This document shows, one piece after another, positions 31,901 to 46,900 of a stretch of DNA of 64,000 bases. The notes under the pieces were generated by a model. The model ran no database searches, had not been told where the DNA came from, and worked only from the letters and a program-made list of their open reading frames with translations. The DNA is taken from the NCBI GenBank assembly GCA_964016885.1, contig OZ024744.1, positions 102,486,001-102,550,000 on the forward strand, written 5' to 3'. A program made the translations under genes and the position numbers. The stretch's first letter is position 1. The number at the start of each line of letters is the position of its first letter. The stretch is from Eledone cirrhosa. Lineage: Eukaryota.

Positions 31901-34900
31901 CAGTGGCTGTCTACCCACAGTAATACTAACAGTGGCTGTCTACCCACAATAATACTGACAGTGGCTGTCCACCCACAACAATACTAACAGTGGCTGCCCA
32001 CCCACAGCAATACTAACAGTGGCTGTCCACCCACAGCAATACTAACAGTGGCTGTCTACCCACAATAATACTAACAGTGGCTGTCCACCCACAGCATTAC
32101 TAACAGTGGCTGTCCACCCACAACATTACTAACAGTGGCTGTCTACCCACAACATTACTAACAGTGGCTGTCTACCCACATTACTAACAGTGGCTGTCCA
32201 CCCACAGCAATACTAACAGTGGCTGTCCACCCACAATATTACTAACAGTGGCTGTCTACCCACAACAATACTAATAGTGGCTGTCCACCCACAGCAATAC
32301 TAACAGTGGCTGCCCACCCACAATATTACTAACAGTGGCTGTCCACCCACAACAATACTAACAGTGGCTGCCTACCCACAATATTACTAACAGTGGCTGT
32401 CTACCCACAACAATACTAACAGTGGCTGCCCACCCACAACATTACTAACAGTGGCTGTCTACCCACAACATTACTAACAGTGGCTGTCCACCCACAACAT
32501 TACTAACAGTGGCTGTCCACCCACAACATTACTAACAGTGGCTGCCCACCCACAGCAATACTAACAGTGGCTGTCCACCCACAACATTACTAACAGTGGC
32601 TGTCTACCCACAGCAATACTACCAGTGGCTGTCTACCCACAATAATACTAACAGTGGCTGTCTACCCACAGTAATACTAACAGTGGCTGTCCACCCACAA
32701 TATTACTAACAGTGGTTGTCTACCCACAACAATACTAACAGTGGCTGTCTACCCACAATAATACTGACAGTGGCTGTCCACCCACAACATTACTAACAGT
32801 GGCTGTCCACCCACAATATTACTAACAGTGGCTGTCCACCCACAACATTACTAACAGTGGCTGCCACCCACAACATTACTAACAGTGGCTGTCTACCCAC
32901 AATAATACTAACAGTGGCTGCCACCCACAACATTACTAACAGTGGCTGTCCACCCACAGCATTACTAACAGTAGCTGTCCACCCACAACAATACTAACAG
33001 TGGCTGTCTACCCACAATATTACTAACAGTAGCTGTCCAGCCACAATATTACTAACAGTGGCTGCCACCCACAACAATACTAACAGTGGCTGTCCACCCA
33101 CAACATTACTAACAGTGGCTGTCTACCCACAACATTACTAACAGTGGCTGTCCACCCACAGCAATACTAACAGTGGCTGTCCTCCCACAACATTAGTAAC
33201 AGTGGCTGTCCACCCACAACAATACTAATAGTGGCTGTCCACCCACAACAATACTAACAGTGGCTGTCCACCCACAACATTACTAACAGTGGCTGCCCAC
33301 CCACAGCAATACTAACAGTGGCTGTCCACCCACAACATTACTAACAGTGGCTGTCTACCCACAGCAATACTACCAGTGGCTGTCCACCCACAGTAATACT
33401 AACAGTGGCTGTCTACCCACAATAATACTACCAGTGGCTGTCCACCCACAGTAATACTAACAGTGGCTGTCTACCCACAATAATACTAACAGTGGCTGTC
33501 CACCCACAATATTACTAACAGTGGTTGTCTACCCACAACAATACTAACAGTGGCTGTCTACCCACAGTAATACTAACAGTGGCTGTCTACCCACAATAAT
33601 ACTGACAGTGGCTGTCCACCCACAGCAATACTAACAGTGGCTGTCCACCCACAGCAATACTAACAGTGGCTGTCTACCCACAATAATACTAACAGTGGCT
33701 GTCCACCCACAGCATTACTAACAGTGGCTGTACACCCACAACATTACTAACAGTGGCTGTCTACCCACAACATTACTAACAGTGGCTGTCTACCCACATT
33801 ACTAACAGTGGCTGTCCACCCACAGCAATACTAACAGTGGCTGTCCACCCACAATATTACTAACAGTGGCTGTCCACCCACAACATTACTAACAGTGGCT
33901 GCCACCCACAATAATACTAACAGTGGCTGTCTACCCACAACAATACTAACAGTGGCTGTCCACCAACAACAATACTAACAGTGGCTGTCTACCCACAACA
34001 ATACTAACAGTGGCTGTCTACCCACAACAATACTAACAGTGGCTGTCTACCCACAACATTACTAACAGTGGCTATCTACCCACAACATTACTAACAGTGG
34101 CTGTCTACCCACAACAATACTAACAGTGGCTGTCCACCCACAACAATACTAACAGTGGCTGTCCACCCACAACAATACTAACAGTGGCTGTCTACCCACA
34201 GCAATACTAACAGTGGCTGTCCACCCACAGCAATACTACCAGTGGCTGTCCACCCACAGTAATACTAACAGTGGCTGTCCACCCACAACAATACTAACAC
34301 TGGCTGTCTCCCCACAGCAATACTAACAGTGGCTGTCTACCCACAACAATACTAACAGTGGATGTCCACCCACAGTAATACTAACAGTGGCTGTCCACCC
34401 ACAGCAATACTAACAGTGGCTGTCCACCCACAACAATACTAACTGGCTGTCTACCCACAACAATACTAACAGTGGCTGTCTACCCACAACAATACTAACA
34501 GTGGCTGTCTACCCACAGTAATACTAACAGTGGCTGTCTACCCACAACAATACTAACACTGGCTGTCCACCCACAACAATACTAACACTGGTTGTCCACC
34601 CACAGCAATACTAACAGTGGCTGTCCACCCACAACATTGCTAACAGTGGCTGTCTACCCACAATAATACTAACAGTGGCTGTCCACCCACAACATTACTA
34701 ACAGTGGCTGTCTACCCACAACAATACTAACAGTGGCTGTCTACCCACAACAATACTAACAGTGGATGCCTACCCACAGCAATACTAACAGTGGCTGTCT
34801 ACCCACAACATTACTAACAGTGGCTGTCCACCCACAACATTACTAACAGTGGCTGCCCACCCACAGCAATACTAACAGTGGCTGTCCACCCACAACATTA

Positions 34901-37900
34901 CTAACAGTGGCTGTCCATCCACAATATTACTAACAGTGGCTGTCCACCCACAACAATACTAACAGTGGCTGTCCACCCACAATATTACTAACAGTGGCTG
35001 TCCACCCACAACAATACTAACAGTGGATGCCTACCCACAGCAATACTAACAGTGGCTGTCCACCCACAATATTACTAACAGTGGCTGTCCACCCACAACA
35101 TTACAAACAGTGGCTGTCCACCCACAACATTACTAACAGTGGCTGCCCACCCACAGCAATACTAACAGTGGCTGTCCACCCACAACATTACTAACAGTGG
35201 CTGTCTACCCACAACATTACTAACAGTGGCTGTCCACCCACAACAATACTAACAGTGGCTGTCTACCCACAGTAATACTAACAGTGGCTGTCTACCCACA
35301 ATAATACTGACAGTGGCTGTCCACCCACAACAATACTAACAGTGGCTGCCCACCCACAGCAATACTAACAGTGGCTGTCCACCCACAGCAATACTAACAG
35401 TGGCTGTCTACCCACAATAATACTAACAGTGGCTGTCCACCCACAGCATTACTAACAGTGGCTGTCCACCCACAACATTACTAACAGTGGCTGTCTACCC
35501 ACAACATTACTAACAGTGGCTGTCTACCCACATTACTAACAGTGGCTGTCCACCCACAGCAATACTAACAGTGGCTGTCCACCCACAATATTACTAACAG
35601 TGGCTGTCTACCCACAACAATACTAATAGTGGCTGTCCACCCACAGCAATACTAACAGTGGCTGCCCACCCACAATATTACTAACAGTGGCTGTCCACCC
35701 ACAACAATACTAACAGTGGCTGCCTACCCACAATATTACTAACAGTGGCTGTCTACCCACAACAATACTAACAGTGGCTGCCCACCCACAACATTACTAA
35801 CAGTGGCTGTCTACCCACAACATTACTAACAGTGGCTGTCCACCCACAACATTACTAACAGTGGCTGTCCACCCACAACATTACTAACAGTGGCTGCCCA
35901 CCCACAGCAATACTAACAGTGGCTGTCCACCCACAACATTACTAACAGTGGCTGTCTACCCACAGCAATACTACCAGTGGCTGTCTACCCACAATAATAC
36001 TAACAGTGGCTGTCTACCCACAGTAATACTAACAGTGGCTGTCCACCCACAATATTACTAACAGTGGTTGTCTACCCACAACAATACTAACAGTGGCTGT
36101 CTACCCACAATAATACTGACAGTGGCTGTCCACCCACAACATTACTAACAGTGGCTGTCCACCCACAATATTACTAACAGTGGCTGTCCACCCACAACAT
36201 TACTAACAGTGGCTGCCACCCACAACATTACTAACAGTGGCTGTCTACCCACAATAATACTAACAGTGGCTGCCACCCACAACATTACTAACAGTGGCTG
36301 CCACCCACAACAATACTAACAGTGGCTGTCCACCCACAACATTACTAACAGTGGCTGTCTACCCACAACATTACTAACAGTGGCTGTCCACCCACAGCAA
36401 TACTAACAGTGGCTGTCCTCCCACAACATTAGTAACAGTGGCTGTCCACCCACAACAATACTAATAGTGGCTGTCCACCCACAACAATACTAACAGTGGC
36501 TGTCTACCCACAACATTACTAACAGTGGCTATCTACCCACAACATTACTAACAGTGGCTGTCTACCCACAACAATACTAACAGTGGCTGTCCACCCACAA
36601 CAATACTAACAGTGGCTGTCCACCCACAACAATACTAACAGTGGCTGTCTACCCACAGCAATACTAACAGTGGCTGTCCACCCACAGCAATACTACCAGT
36701 GGCTGTCCACCCACAGTAATACTAACAGTGGCTGTCCACCCACAACAATACTAACAGTGGCTGTCTCCCCACAGCAATACTAACAGTGGCTGTCTACCCA
36801 CAACAATACTAACAGTGGATGTCCACCCACAGTAATACTAACAGTGGCTGTCCACCCACAGCAATACTAACAGTGGCTGTCCACCCACAACAATACTAAC
36901 TGGCTGTCTACCCACAACAATACTAACAGTGGCTGTCTACCCACAACAATACTAACAGTGGCTGTCTACCCACAGTAATACTAACAGTGGCTGTCTACCC
37001 ACAACAATACTAACACTGGCTGTCCACCCACAACAATACTAACACTGGTTGTCCACCCACAGCAATACTAACAGTGGCTGTCCACCCACAACATTGCTAA
37101 CAGTGACTGTCTACCCACAATAATACTAACAGTGGCTGTCCACCCACAACATTACTAACAGTGGCTGTCTACCCACAACAATACTAACAGTGGCTGTCTA
37201 CCCACAACAATACTAACAGTGGATGCCTACCCACAGCAATACTAACAGTGGCTGTCCACCCACAATATTACTAACAGTGGCTGTCCACCCACAACATTAC
37301 TAACAGTGGCTGTCCACCCACAACATTACTAACAGTGGCTGCCCACCCACAGCAATACTAACAGTGGCTGTCCACCCACAACATTACTAACAGTGGCTGT
37401 CCACCCACAATATTACTAACAGTGGCTGTCCACCCACAACAATACTAACAGTGGCTGTCCACCCACAATATTACTAACAGTGGCTGTCCACCCACAACAA
37501 TACTAACAGTGGATGCCTACCCACAGCAATACTAACAGTGGCTGTCCACCCACAATATTACTAACAGTGGCTGTCCACCCACAACATTACTAACAGTGGC
37601 TGTCCACCCACAACATTACTAACAGTGGCTGTCCACCCACAACATTACTAACAGTGGCTGCCCACCCACAGCAATACTAACAGTGGCTGTCCACCCACAA
37701 CATTACTAACAGTGGCTGTCTACCCACAACATTACTAACAGTGGCTGTCCACCCACAACATTACTAACAGTGGCTGTCCACCCACAACATTACTAACAGT
37801 GGCTGCCCACCCACAGCAATACTAACAGTGGCTGTCCACCCACAACATTACTAACAGTGGCTGTCTACCCACAGCAATACTACCAGTGGCTGTCCACCCA

Positions 37901-40900
37901 CAGTAATACTAACAGTGGCTGTCTACCCACAATAATACTACCAGTGGCTGTCCACCCACAGTAATACTAACAGTGGCTGTCTACCCACAATAATACTAAC
38001 AGTGGCTGTCCACCAACAATATTACTAACAGTGGTTGTCTACCCACAACAATACTAACAGTGGCTGTCTACCCACAGTAATACTAACAGTGGCTGTCTAC
38101 CCACAATAATACTGACAGTGGCTGTCCACCCACAACAATACTAACAGTGGCTGCCCACCCACAGCAATACTAACAGTGGCTGTCCACCCACAGCAATACT
38201 AACAGTGGCTGTCTACCCACAATAATACTAACAGTGGCTGTCCACCCACAGCATTACTAACAGTGGCTGTCCACCCACAACATTACTAACAGTGGCTGTC
38301 TACCCACAACATTACTAACAGTGGCTGTCTACCCACATTACTAACAGTGGCTGTCCACCCACAGCAATACTAACAGTGGCTGTCCACCCACAATATTACT
38401 AACAGTGGCTGTCTACCCACAACAATACTAATAGTGGCTGTCCACCCACAGCAATACTAACAGTGGCTGCCCACCCACAATATTACTAACAGTGGCTGTC
38501 CACCCACAACAATACTAACAGTGGCTGCCTACCCACAATATTACTAACAGTGGCTGTCTACCCACAACAATACTAACAGTGGCTGCCCACCCACAACATT
38601 ACTAACAGTGGCTGTCTACCCACAACATTACTAACAGTGGCTGTCCAGCCACAACATTACTAACAGTGGCTGTCCACCCACAACATTACTAACAGTGGCT
38701 GCCCACCCACAGCAATACTAACAGTGGCTGTCCACCCACAACATTACTAACAGTGGCTGTCTACCCACAGCAATACTACCAGTGGCTGTCTACCCACAAT
38801 AATACTAACAGTGGCTGTCTACCCACAGTAATACTAACAGTGGCTGTCCACCCACAATATTACTAACAGTGGTTGTCTACCCACAACAATACTAACAGTG
38901 GCTGTCTACCCACAATAATACTGACAGTGGCTGTCCACCCACAACATTACTAACAGTGGCTGTCCACCCACAATATTACTAACAGTGGCTGTCCACCCAC
39001 AACATTACTAACAGTGGCTGCCACCCACAACATTACTAACAGTGGCTGTCTACCCACAATAATACTAACAGTGGCTGCCACCCACAACATTACTAACAGT
39101 GGCTGTCCACCCACAGCATTACTAACAGTAGCTGTCCACCCACAACAATACTAACAGTGGCTGTCTACCCACAATATTACTAACAGTAGCTGTCCAGCCA
39201 CAATATTACTAACAGTGGCTGCCACCCACAACAATACTAACAGTGGCTGTCCACCCACAACATTACTAACAGTGGCTGTCTACCCACAACATTACTAACA
39301 GTGGCTGTCCACCCACAGCAATACTAACAGTGGCTGTCCTCCCACAACATTAGTAACAGTGGCTGTCCACCCACAACAATACTAATAGTGGCTGTCCACC
39401 CACAACATTACTAACAGTAGCTGTCCAGCCACAATATTACTAACAGTGGCTGTCCACCCACAACATTACTAACAGTGGCTGTCCACCCACAACATTACTA
39501 ACAGTGGCTGTCCACCCACAGCAATACTAACAGTGGCTGTCCACCCACAGTAATACTAACAGTGGCTGTCCACCCACAACAATACTAACAGTGGCTGTCC
39601 ACCCACAGCAATACTAACAGTGGCTGTCCACCCACAACATTACTAACAGTAGCTGTCCAGCCACAATATTACTAACAGTGGCTGTCCACCCACAACAATA
39701 CTAACAGTGGCTGTCCACCCACAGCAATACTAACAGTGGTTGTCCACCCACAATACTAACAGTGGCTGCCCACCCACAATACTAACAGTGGCTGCCCACC
39801 CACAACATTACTAACAGTGGCTGTCCAGCCACAACATTACTAACAGTGGCTGTCCACCCACAACAATACTAACAGTGGCTGTCCACCCACAACATTACTA
39901 ACAGTGGCTGTCCACCCACAACAATACTAACAGTGGCTGTCCACCCACAACAATACTAACAGTGGCTGTCCACCCACAACATTACTAACAGTGGCTGTCT
40001 ACCCACAGTAATACTAACAGTGGCTGTCTACCCACAACATTACTAACAGTGGCTGCCCACCCACAACAATACTAACAGTGGCTGTCCACCCACAACAATA
40101 CTAACAGTGGCTGTCCACCCACAGCAATACTAATAGTGGCTGCCCACCCACAATAATACTAACAGAGGCTGTCCACCCACAACATTACTAACAGTGGCTG
40201 CCCACCTTAGCAACACTAACAGTGGTTGTCTACCCACAACAATACTAACAGTGGCTGTCCACCCACAACATTACTAACAGTGGCTGTCTACCCACAACAT
40301 TACAAACAGTGGCTGTCTACCCACAACATTACTAACACTGGCTGTCCACCCACAACGTTACTAACAGTGGCTGCCCACCCAGAGCAACACTAACAGTGGC
40401 TGTCTACCCACAACAATACTAACAGTGGCTGTCTACCCACAACAATACTAACAGTGACTGCCTACCCACATTACTAACAGTGGCTGTCCACCCACAACAT
40501 TACTAACAGTGGCTGCCCACCCACAACATTACTAACAGTGGCTGCCCACCCACAATATTAGTAACAGTGGCTGTCCACCCACAGCAATAATAGTGGCTGT
40601 CCACCCACAACATTACTAACAGTGGCTGTCTACCCACAACATTACTAACAGTGGCTGTCCACCCACAACAATACTAACAGTGGCTGTCTACCCACAACAA
40701 TACTAACAGTGGCTGTCTACCCACAACATTACTAACAGTGGCTGTCCACCCACAACAATACTAACAGTTGTTGTCCACCCACAATAATACTAACAGTGGC
40801 TGTCCACCCACAGCAATACTAACAGTGGATGTCCACCCACAGCAATACTAACAGTGGCTGTCCACCCACAATAATACTAACAGTGGTTGACCACCCACAA

Positions 40901-43900
40901 CAATACTAACAGTGGCTGTCCACCCACATTACTAACAGTGGCTGTCCACCCACAGCAATACTAACAGTGGTTGTCCACCCACAACATTACTAACAGTGGC
41001 TGTCCACCCACAACAATACTAACAGTGGCTGTCTACCCACAGCAATACTAACAGTGGCTGCCCACCCACAACAATACTAACAGTGGCTGTCCACCCACAA
41101 CATTACTAACAGTGGCTGTCTACCCACAGCAATACTACCAGTGGCTGTCTACCCACAATAATACTAACAGTGGCTGTCTACCCACAGTAATACTAACAGT
41201 GGCTGTCCACCCACAATATTACTAACAGTGGTTGTCTACCCACAACAATACTAACAGTGGCTGTCTACCCACAATAATACTGACAGTGGCTGTCCACCCA
41301 CAACATTACTAACAGTGGCTGTCCACCCACAATATTACTAACAGTGGCTGTCCACCCACAACATTACTAACAGTGGCTGCCACCCACAACATTACTAACA
41401 GTGGCTGTCTACCCACAATAATACTAACAGTGGCTGCCACCCACAACATTACTAACAGTGGCTGTCCACCCACAGCATTACTAACAGTAGCTGTCCACCC
41501 ACAACAATACTAACAGTGGCTGTCTACCCACAATATTACTAACAGTAGCTGTCCAGCCACAATATTACTAACAGTGGCTGCCACCCACAACAATACTAAC
41601 AGTGGCTGTCCACCCACAACATTACTAACAGTGGCTGTCTACCCACAACATTACTAACAGTGGCTGTCCACCCACAGCAATACTAACAGTGGCTGTCCTC
41701 CCACAACATTAGTAACAGTGGCTGTCCACCCACAACAATACTAACAGTGGCTGTCTACCCACAACATTACTAACAGTGGCTGTCCACCCACAACAATACT
41801 AACAGTGGCTGTATACCCACAACAATACTAACAGTGGCTGTCTACCCACAACATTACAAATAGTGGCTGTCCACCCACAACATTACTAACAGTAGCTGTC
41901 CAGCCACAATATTACTAACAGTGGCTGTCCACCCACAACATTACTAACAGTGGCTGTCCACCCACAACAATACTAACAGTGGCTGTCCACCCACAGCAAT
42001 ACTAACAGTGGCTGTCCACCCACAGTAATACTAACAGTGGCTGTCCACCCACAACAATACTAACAGTGGCTGTCCACCCACAGCAATACTAACAGTGGCT
42101 GTCCACCCACAACATTACTAACAGTAGCTGTCCAGCCACAATATTACTAACAGTGGCTGTCCACCCACAACAATACTAACAGTGGCTGTCCACCCACAGC
42201 AATACTAACAGTGGCTGTCCACCCACAATACTAACAGTGGCTGCCCACCCACAATACTAACAGTGGCTGCCCACCCACAACATTACTAACAGTGGCTGTC
42301 CAGCCACAACATTACTAACAGTGGCTGTCCACCCACAACAATACTAACAGTGGCTGTCCACCCACAACATTACTAACAGTGGCTGTCCACCCACAACAAT
42401 ACTAACAGTGGCTGTCCACCCACAACATTACTAACAGTGGCTGTCTACCCACAGTAATACTAACAGTGGCTGTCTACCCACAACATTACTAACAGTGGCT
42501 GCCCACCCACAACAATACTAACAGTGGCTGTCCACCCACAACAATACTAACAGTGGCTGTCCACCCACAGCAATACTAATAGTGGCTGCCCACCCACAAT
42601 AATACTAACAGAGGCTGTCCACCCACAACATTACTAACAGTGGCTGCCCACCTTAGCAACACTAACAGTGGCTGTCTACCCACAACAATACTAACAGTGG
42701 CTGTCCACCCACAACATTACTAACAGTGGCTGTCTACCCACAACATTACAAACAGTGGCTGTCTACCCACAACATTACTAACACTGGCTGTCCACCCACA
42801 ACGTTACTAACAGTGGCTGCCCACCCAGAGCAACACTAACAGTGGCTGTCTACCCACAACAATACTAACAGTGGCTGTCTACCCACAACAATACTAACAG
42901 TGACTGCCTACCCACATTACTAACAGTGGCTGTCCACCCACAACATTACTAACAGTGGCTGCCCACCCACAACATTACTAACAGTGGCTGCCCACCCACA
43001 ATATTAGTAACAGTGGCTGTCCACCCACAGCAATAATAGTGGCTGTCCACCCACAACATTACTAACAGTGGCTGTCTACCCACAACATTACTAACAGTGG
43101 CTGTCCACCCACAACAATACTAACAGTGGCTGTCTACCCACAACAATACTAACAGTGGCTGTCTACCCACAACATTACTAACAGTGGCTGTCCACCCACA
43201 ACAATACTAACAGTTGTTGTCCACCCACAATAATACTAACAGTGGCTGTCCACCCACAGCAATACTAACAGTGGATGTCCACCCACAGCAATACTAACAG
43301 TGGCTGTCCACCCACAATAATACTAACAGTGGTTGACCACCCACAACAATACTAACAGTGGCTGTCCACCCACAACATTACTAACAGTGGCTGTCCACCC
43401 ACAGCAATACTAACAGTGGTTGTCCACCCACAACATTACTAAAAGTGGCTGTCCACCCACAACAATACTAACAGTGGCTGTCTACCCACAGCAATACTAA
43501 CAGTGGCTGCCCACCCACAACAATACTAACAGTGGCTGTCCACCCACAGCAATACTACCAGTGGCTGTCCACCCAGAGCAATACTAATAGTGGCTGTCTA
43601 CGCACAATTTTACTAACAGTGGCTGTCTACCCACATTACTAACAGTGGCTGCCCACCCATAACATTAGTAACAGTGGCTGTCTACCCACAATATTACTAA
43701 CAGTGGCTGGCCACCCACAGCAATACTAACAGTGGCTGCCACCCACAACTTTACTAACAGTGGCTGCCCACCCACAACATTACTAACAGTGGCTATCCAC
43801 CCACAACAATACTAACAGTGGCTGTCCACCCACAGCAATACTAACAGTGGCTGTCTACCCACAACATTACTAACAGTGGCTGTCCACCCACAATATTACT

Positions 43901-46900
43901 AACAGTGGCTGTCCACCCACAACATTACTAACAGTGGCTGTCTACCCACAACATTACTAACAGTGGCTGTCCACCCACAACATTACTAACAGTGGCTGTC
44001 TACCCACAACATTACTAACACTGGCTGTCCACCCACAACGTTACTAACAGTGGCTGCCCACCCAGAGCAACACTAACAGTGGCTGTCTACCCACAACAAT
44101 ACTAACAGTGACTGCCTACCCACATTACTAACAGTGGCAGTCCACCCACAACATTACTAACAGTGGCTGCCCACCCACAACATTAGTAACAGTGGCTGCC
44201 CACCCACATTACTAACAGTGGCTGTCCACCCACAATAATACTAACAGTGGTTGTCCACCCACAACGTTACTAACAGTGGCTGTCCACCCACAACATTACT
44301 AACACTGGCTGCCCACCCAGAGCAATACTAACAGTGGCTGTCCACCCACAACAATACTAACAGTGGCTGTCCACCCACAACATTACTAACACTGGCTGCC
44401 CACCCACAACATTACTAACAGTGGCTGTCCACCCACAACAATACTAACAGTGGCTGTCTACGCACAATTTTACTAACAGTAGCTGCCCACCCACAACATT
44501 AGTAACAGTGGCTGGCTGCCCACCCACAACATTAGTAACAGTGGTTGTCTACCCACATTACTAACAGTGGCTGTCCACCCACAGCAATACTAATAGTGGC
44601 TGTCCACCCAAAGCAATACTAATAGTGGCTGCCTACCCACAGCAATACTAACAGTGGCTGTCTACCCACAGCAATACTACCAGTGGCTGTCCACCCAGAG
44701 CAATACTAATAGTGGCTGTCTACGCACAATTTTACTAACAGTGGCTGTCTACCCACATTACTAACAGTGGCTGCCCACCCATAACATTAGTAACAGTGGC
44801 TGTCTACCCACAATATTACTAACAGTGGCTGGCCACCCACAGCAATACTAACAGTGGCTGCCACCCACAACTTTACTAACAGTGGCTGCCCACCCACAAC
44901 ATTAGTAAGTGGCTGTCTACCCACAGCAATACTAACAGTGGCTGCCCACCCACAACATTACTAACAGTGGCTGCCCACCCACAACATTAGTAACAGTGGC
45001 TGTCCACCCACAACAATACTAACAGTGGTTGTCCACCCACAATAATACTAACAGTGGCTGTCCACCCACAACAATACTAACAGTGGTTGTCCACCCACAA
45101 CAATACTAACAGTGGCTGTCCACCCACAACAATACTAACAGTGGCTGTCCACCCACAATAATACTAACGGTGGCTGCCACCCACAATAATACTAACAGTG
45201 GCTGTCCACCCACAACATTACTAACAGTGGCTGTCTACCCACAACATTACTAACAGTGGCTGTCCACCCACAGTAATACTAACAGTGGCTGTCCACCCAC
45301 AACAATACTAACTGGCTGTCCACCCACAACAATACTAACAGTGGTTGTCCACCCACAATAATACTAACAGTGGCTGTCCACCCACAACAATACTAACAGT
45401 GGCTGTCCACCCACAACATTACTAACAGTGGCTATCCACCCACAACAATACTAACAGTGGCTGTCCACCCACAATACTAACAGTGGTTGTCCACCCACAG
45501 CAATACTAACAGTGGCTGTCTACCCACAACATTACTAACAGTGGCTGTCCACCCACAATATTACTAACAGTGGCTGTCCACCCACAACATTACTAACAGT
45601 GGCTGTCTACCCACAACATTACAAACAGTGGCTGTCTACCCACAACATTACTAACACTGGCTGTCCACCCACAACGTTACTAACAGTGGCTGCCCACCCA
45701 GAGCAACACTAACAGTGGCTGTCTACCCACAACAATACTAACAGTGGCTGTCTACCCACAACAATACTAACAGTGACTGCCTACCCACATTACTAACAGT
45801 GGCTGTCCACCCACAACATTACTAACAGTGGCTGCCCACCCACAACATTACTAACAGTGGCTGCCCACCCACAATATTAGTAACAGTGGCTGTCCACCCA
45901 CAGCAATAATAGTGGCTGTCCACCCACAACATTACTAACAGTGGCTGTCTACCCACAACATTACTAACAGTGGCTGTCCACCCACAACAATACTAACAGT
46001 GGCTGTCTACCCACAACAATACTAACAGTGGCTGTCTACCCACAACATTACTAACAGTGGCTGTCCACCCACAACAATACTAACAGTGGCTGTCTACCCA
46101 CAGCAATACTAACAGTGGCTGCCCACCCACAACAATACTAACAGTGGCTGTCCACCCACAGCAATACTACCAGTGGCTGTCCACCCAGAGCAATACTAAT
46201 AGTGGCTGTCTACGCACAATTTTACTAACAGTGGCTGTCTACCCACATTACTAACAGTGGCTGCCCACCCATAACATTAGTAACAGTGGCTGTCTACCCA
46301 CAATATTACTAACAGTGGCTGGCCACCCACAGCAATACTAACAGTGGCTGCCACCCACAACTTTACTAACAGTGGCTGCCCACCCACAACATTAGTAAGT
46401 GGCTGTCTACCCACAGCAATACTAACAGTGGCTGCCCACCCACAACATTACTAACAGTGGCTGCCCACCCACAACATTAGTAACAGTGGCTGTCCACCCA
46501 CAACAATACTAACAGTGGTTGTCCACCCACAATAATACTAACAGTGGCTGTCCACCCACAACAATACTAACAGTGGTTGTCCACCCACAACAATACTAAC
46601 AGTGGCTGTACACCCACAACAATACTAACAGTGGTTGTCCACCCACAACATTACTAACAGTGGCTGTCCACCCACAATAATACTAACGGTGGCTGCCACC
46701 CATAATAATACTAACAGTGGCTGTCCACCCACAACATTACTAACAGTGGCTGTCTACCCACAACATTACTAACAGTGGCTGTCCACCCACAGTAATACTA
46801 ACAGTGGCTGTCCACCCACAACAATACTAACTGGCTGTCCACCCACAACAATACTAACAGTGGTTGTCCACCCACAATAATACTAACAGTGGCTGTCCAC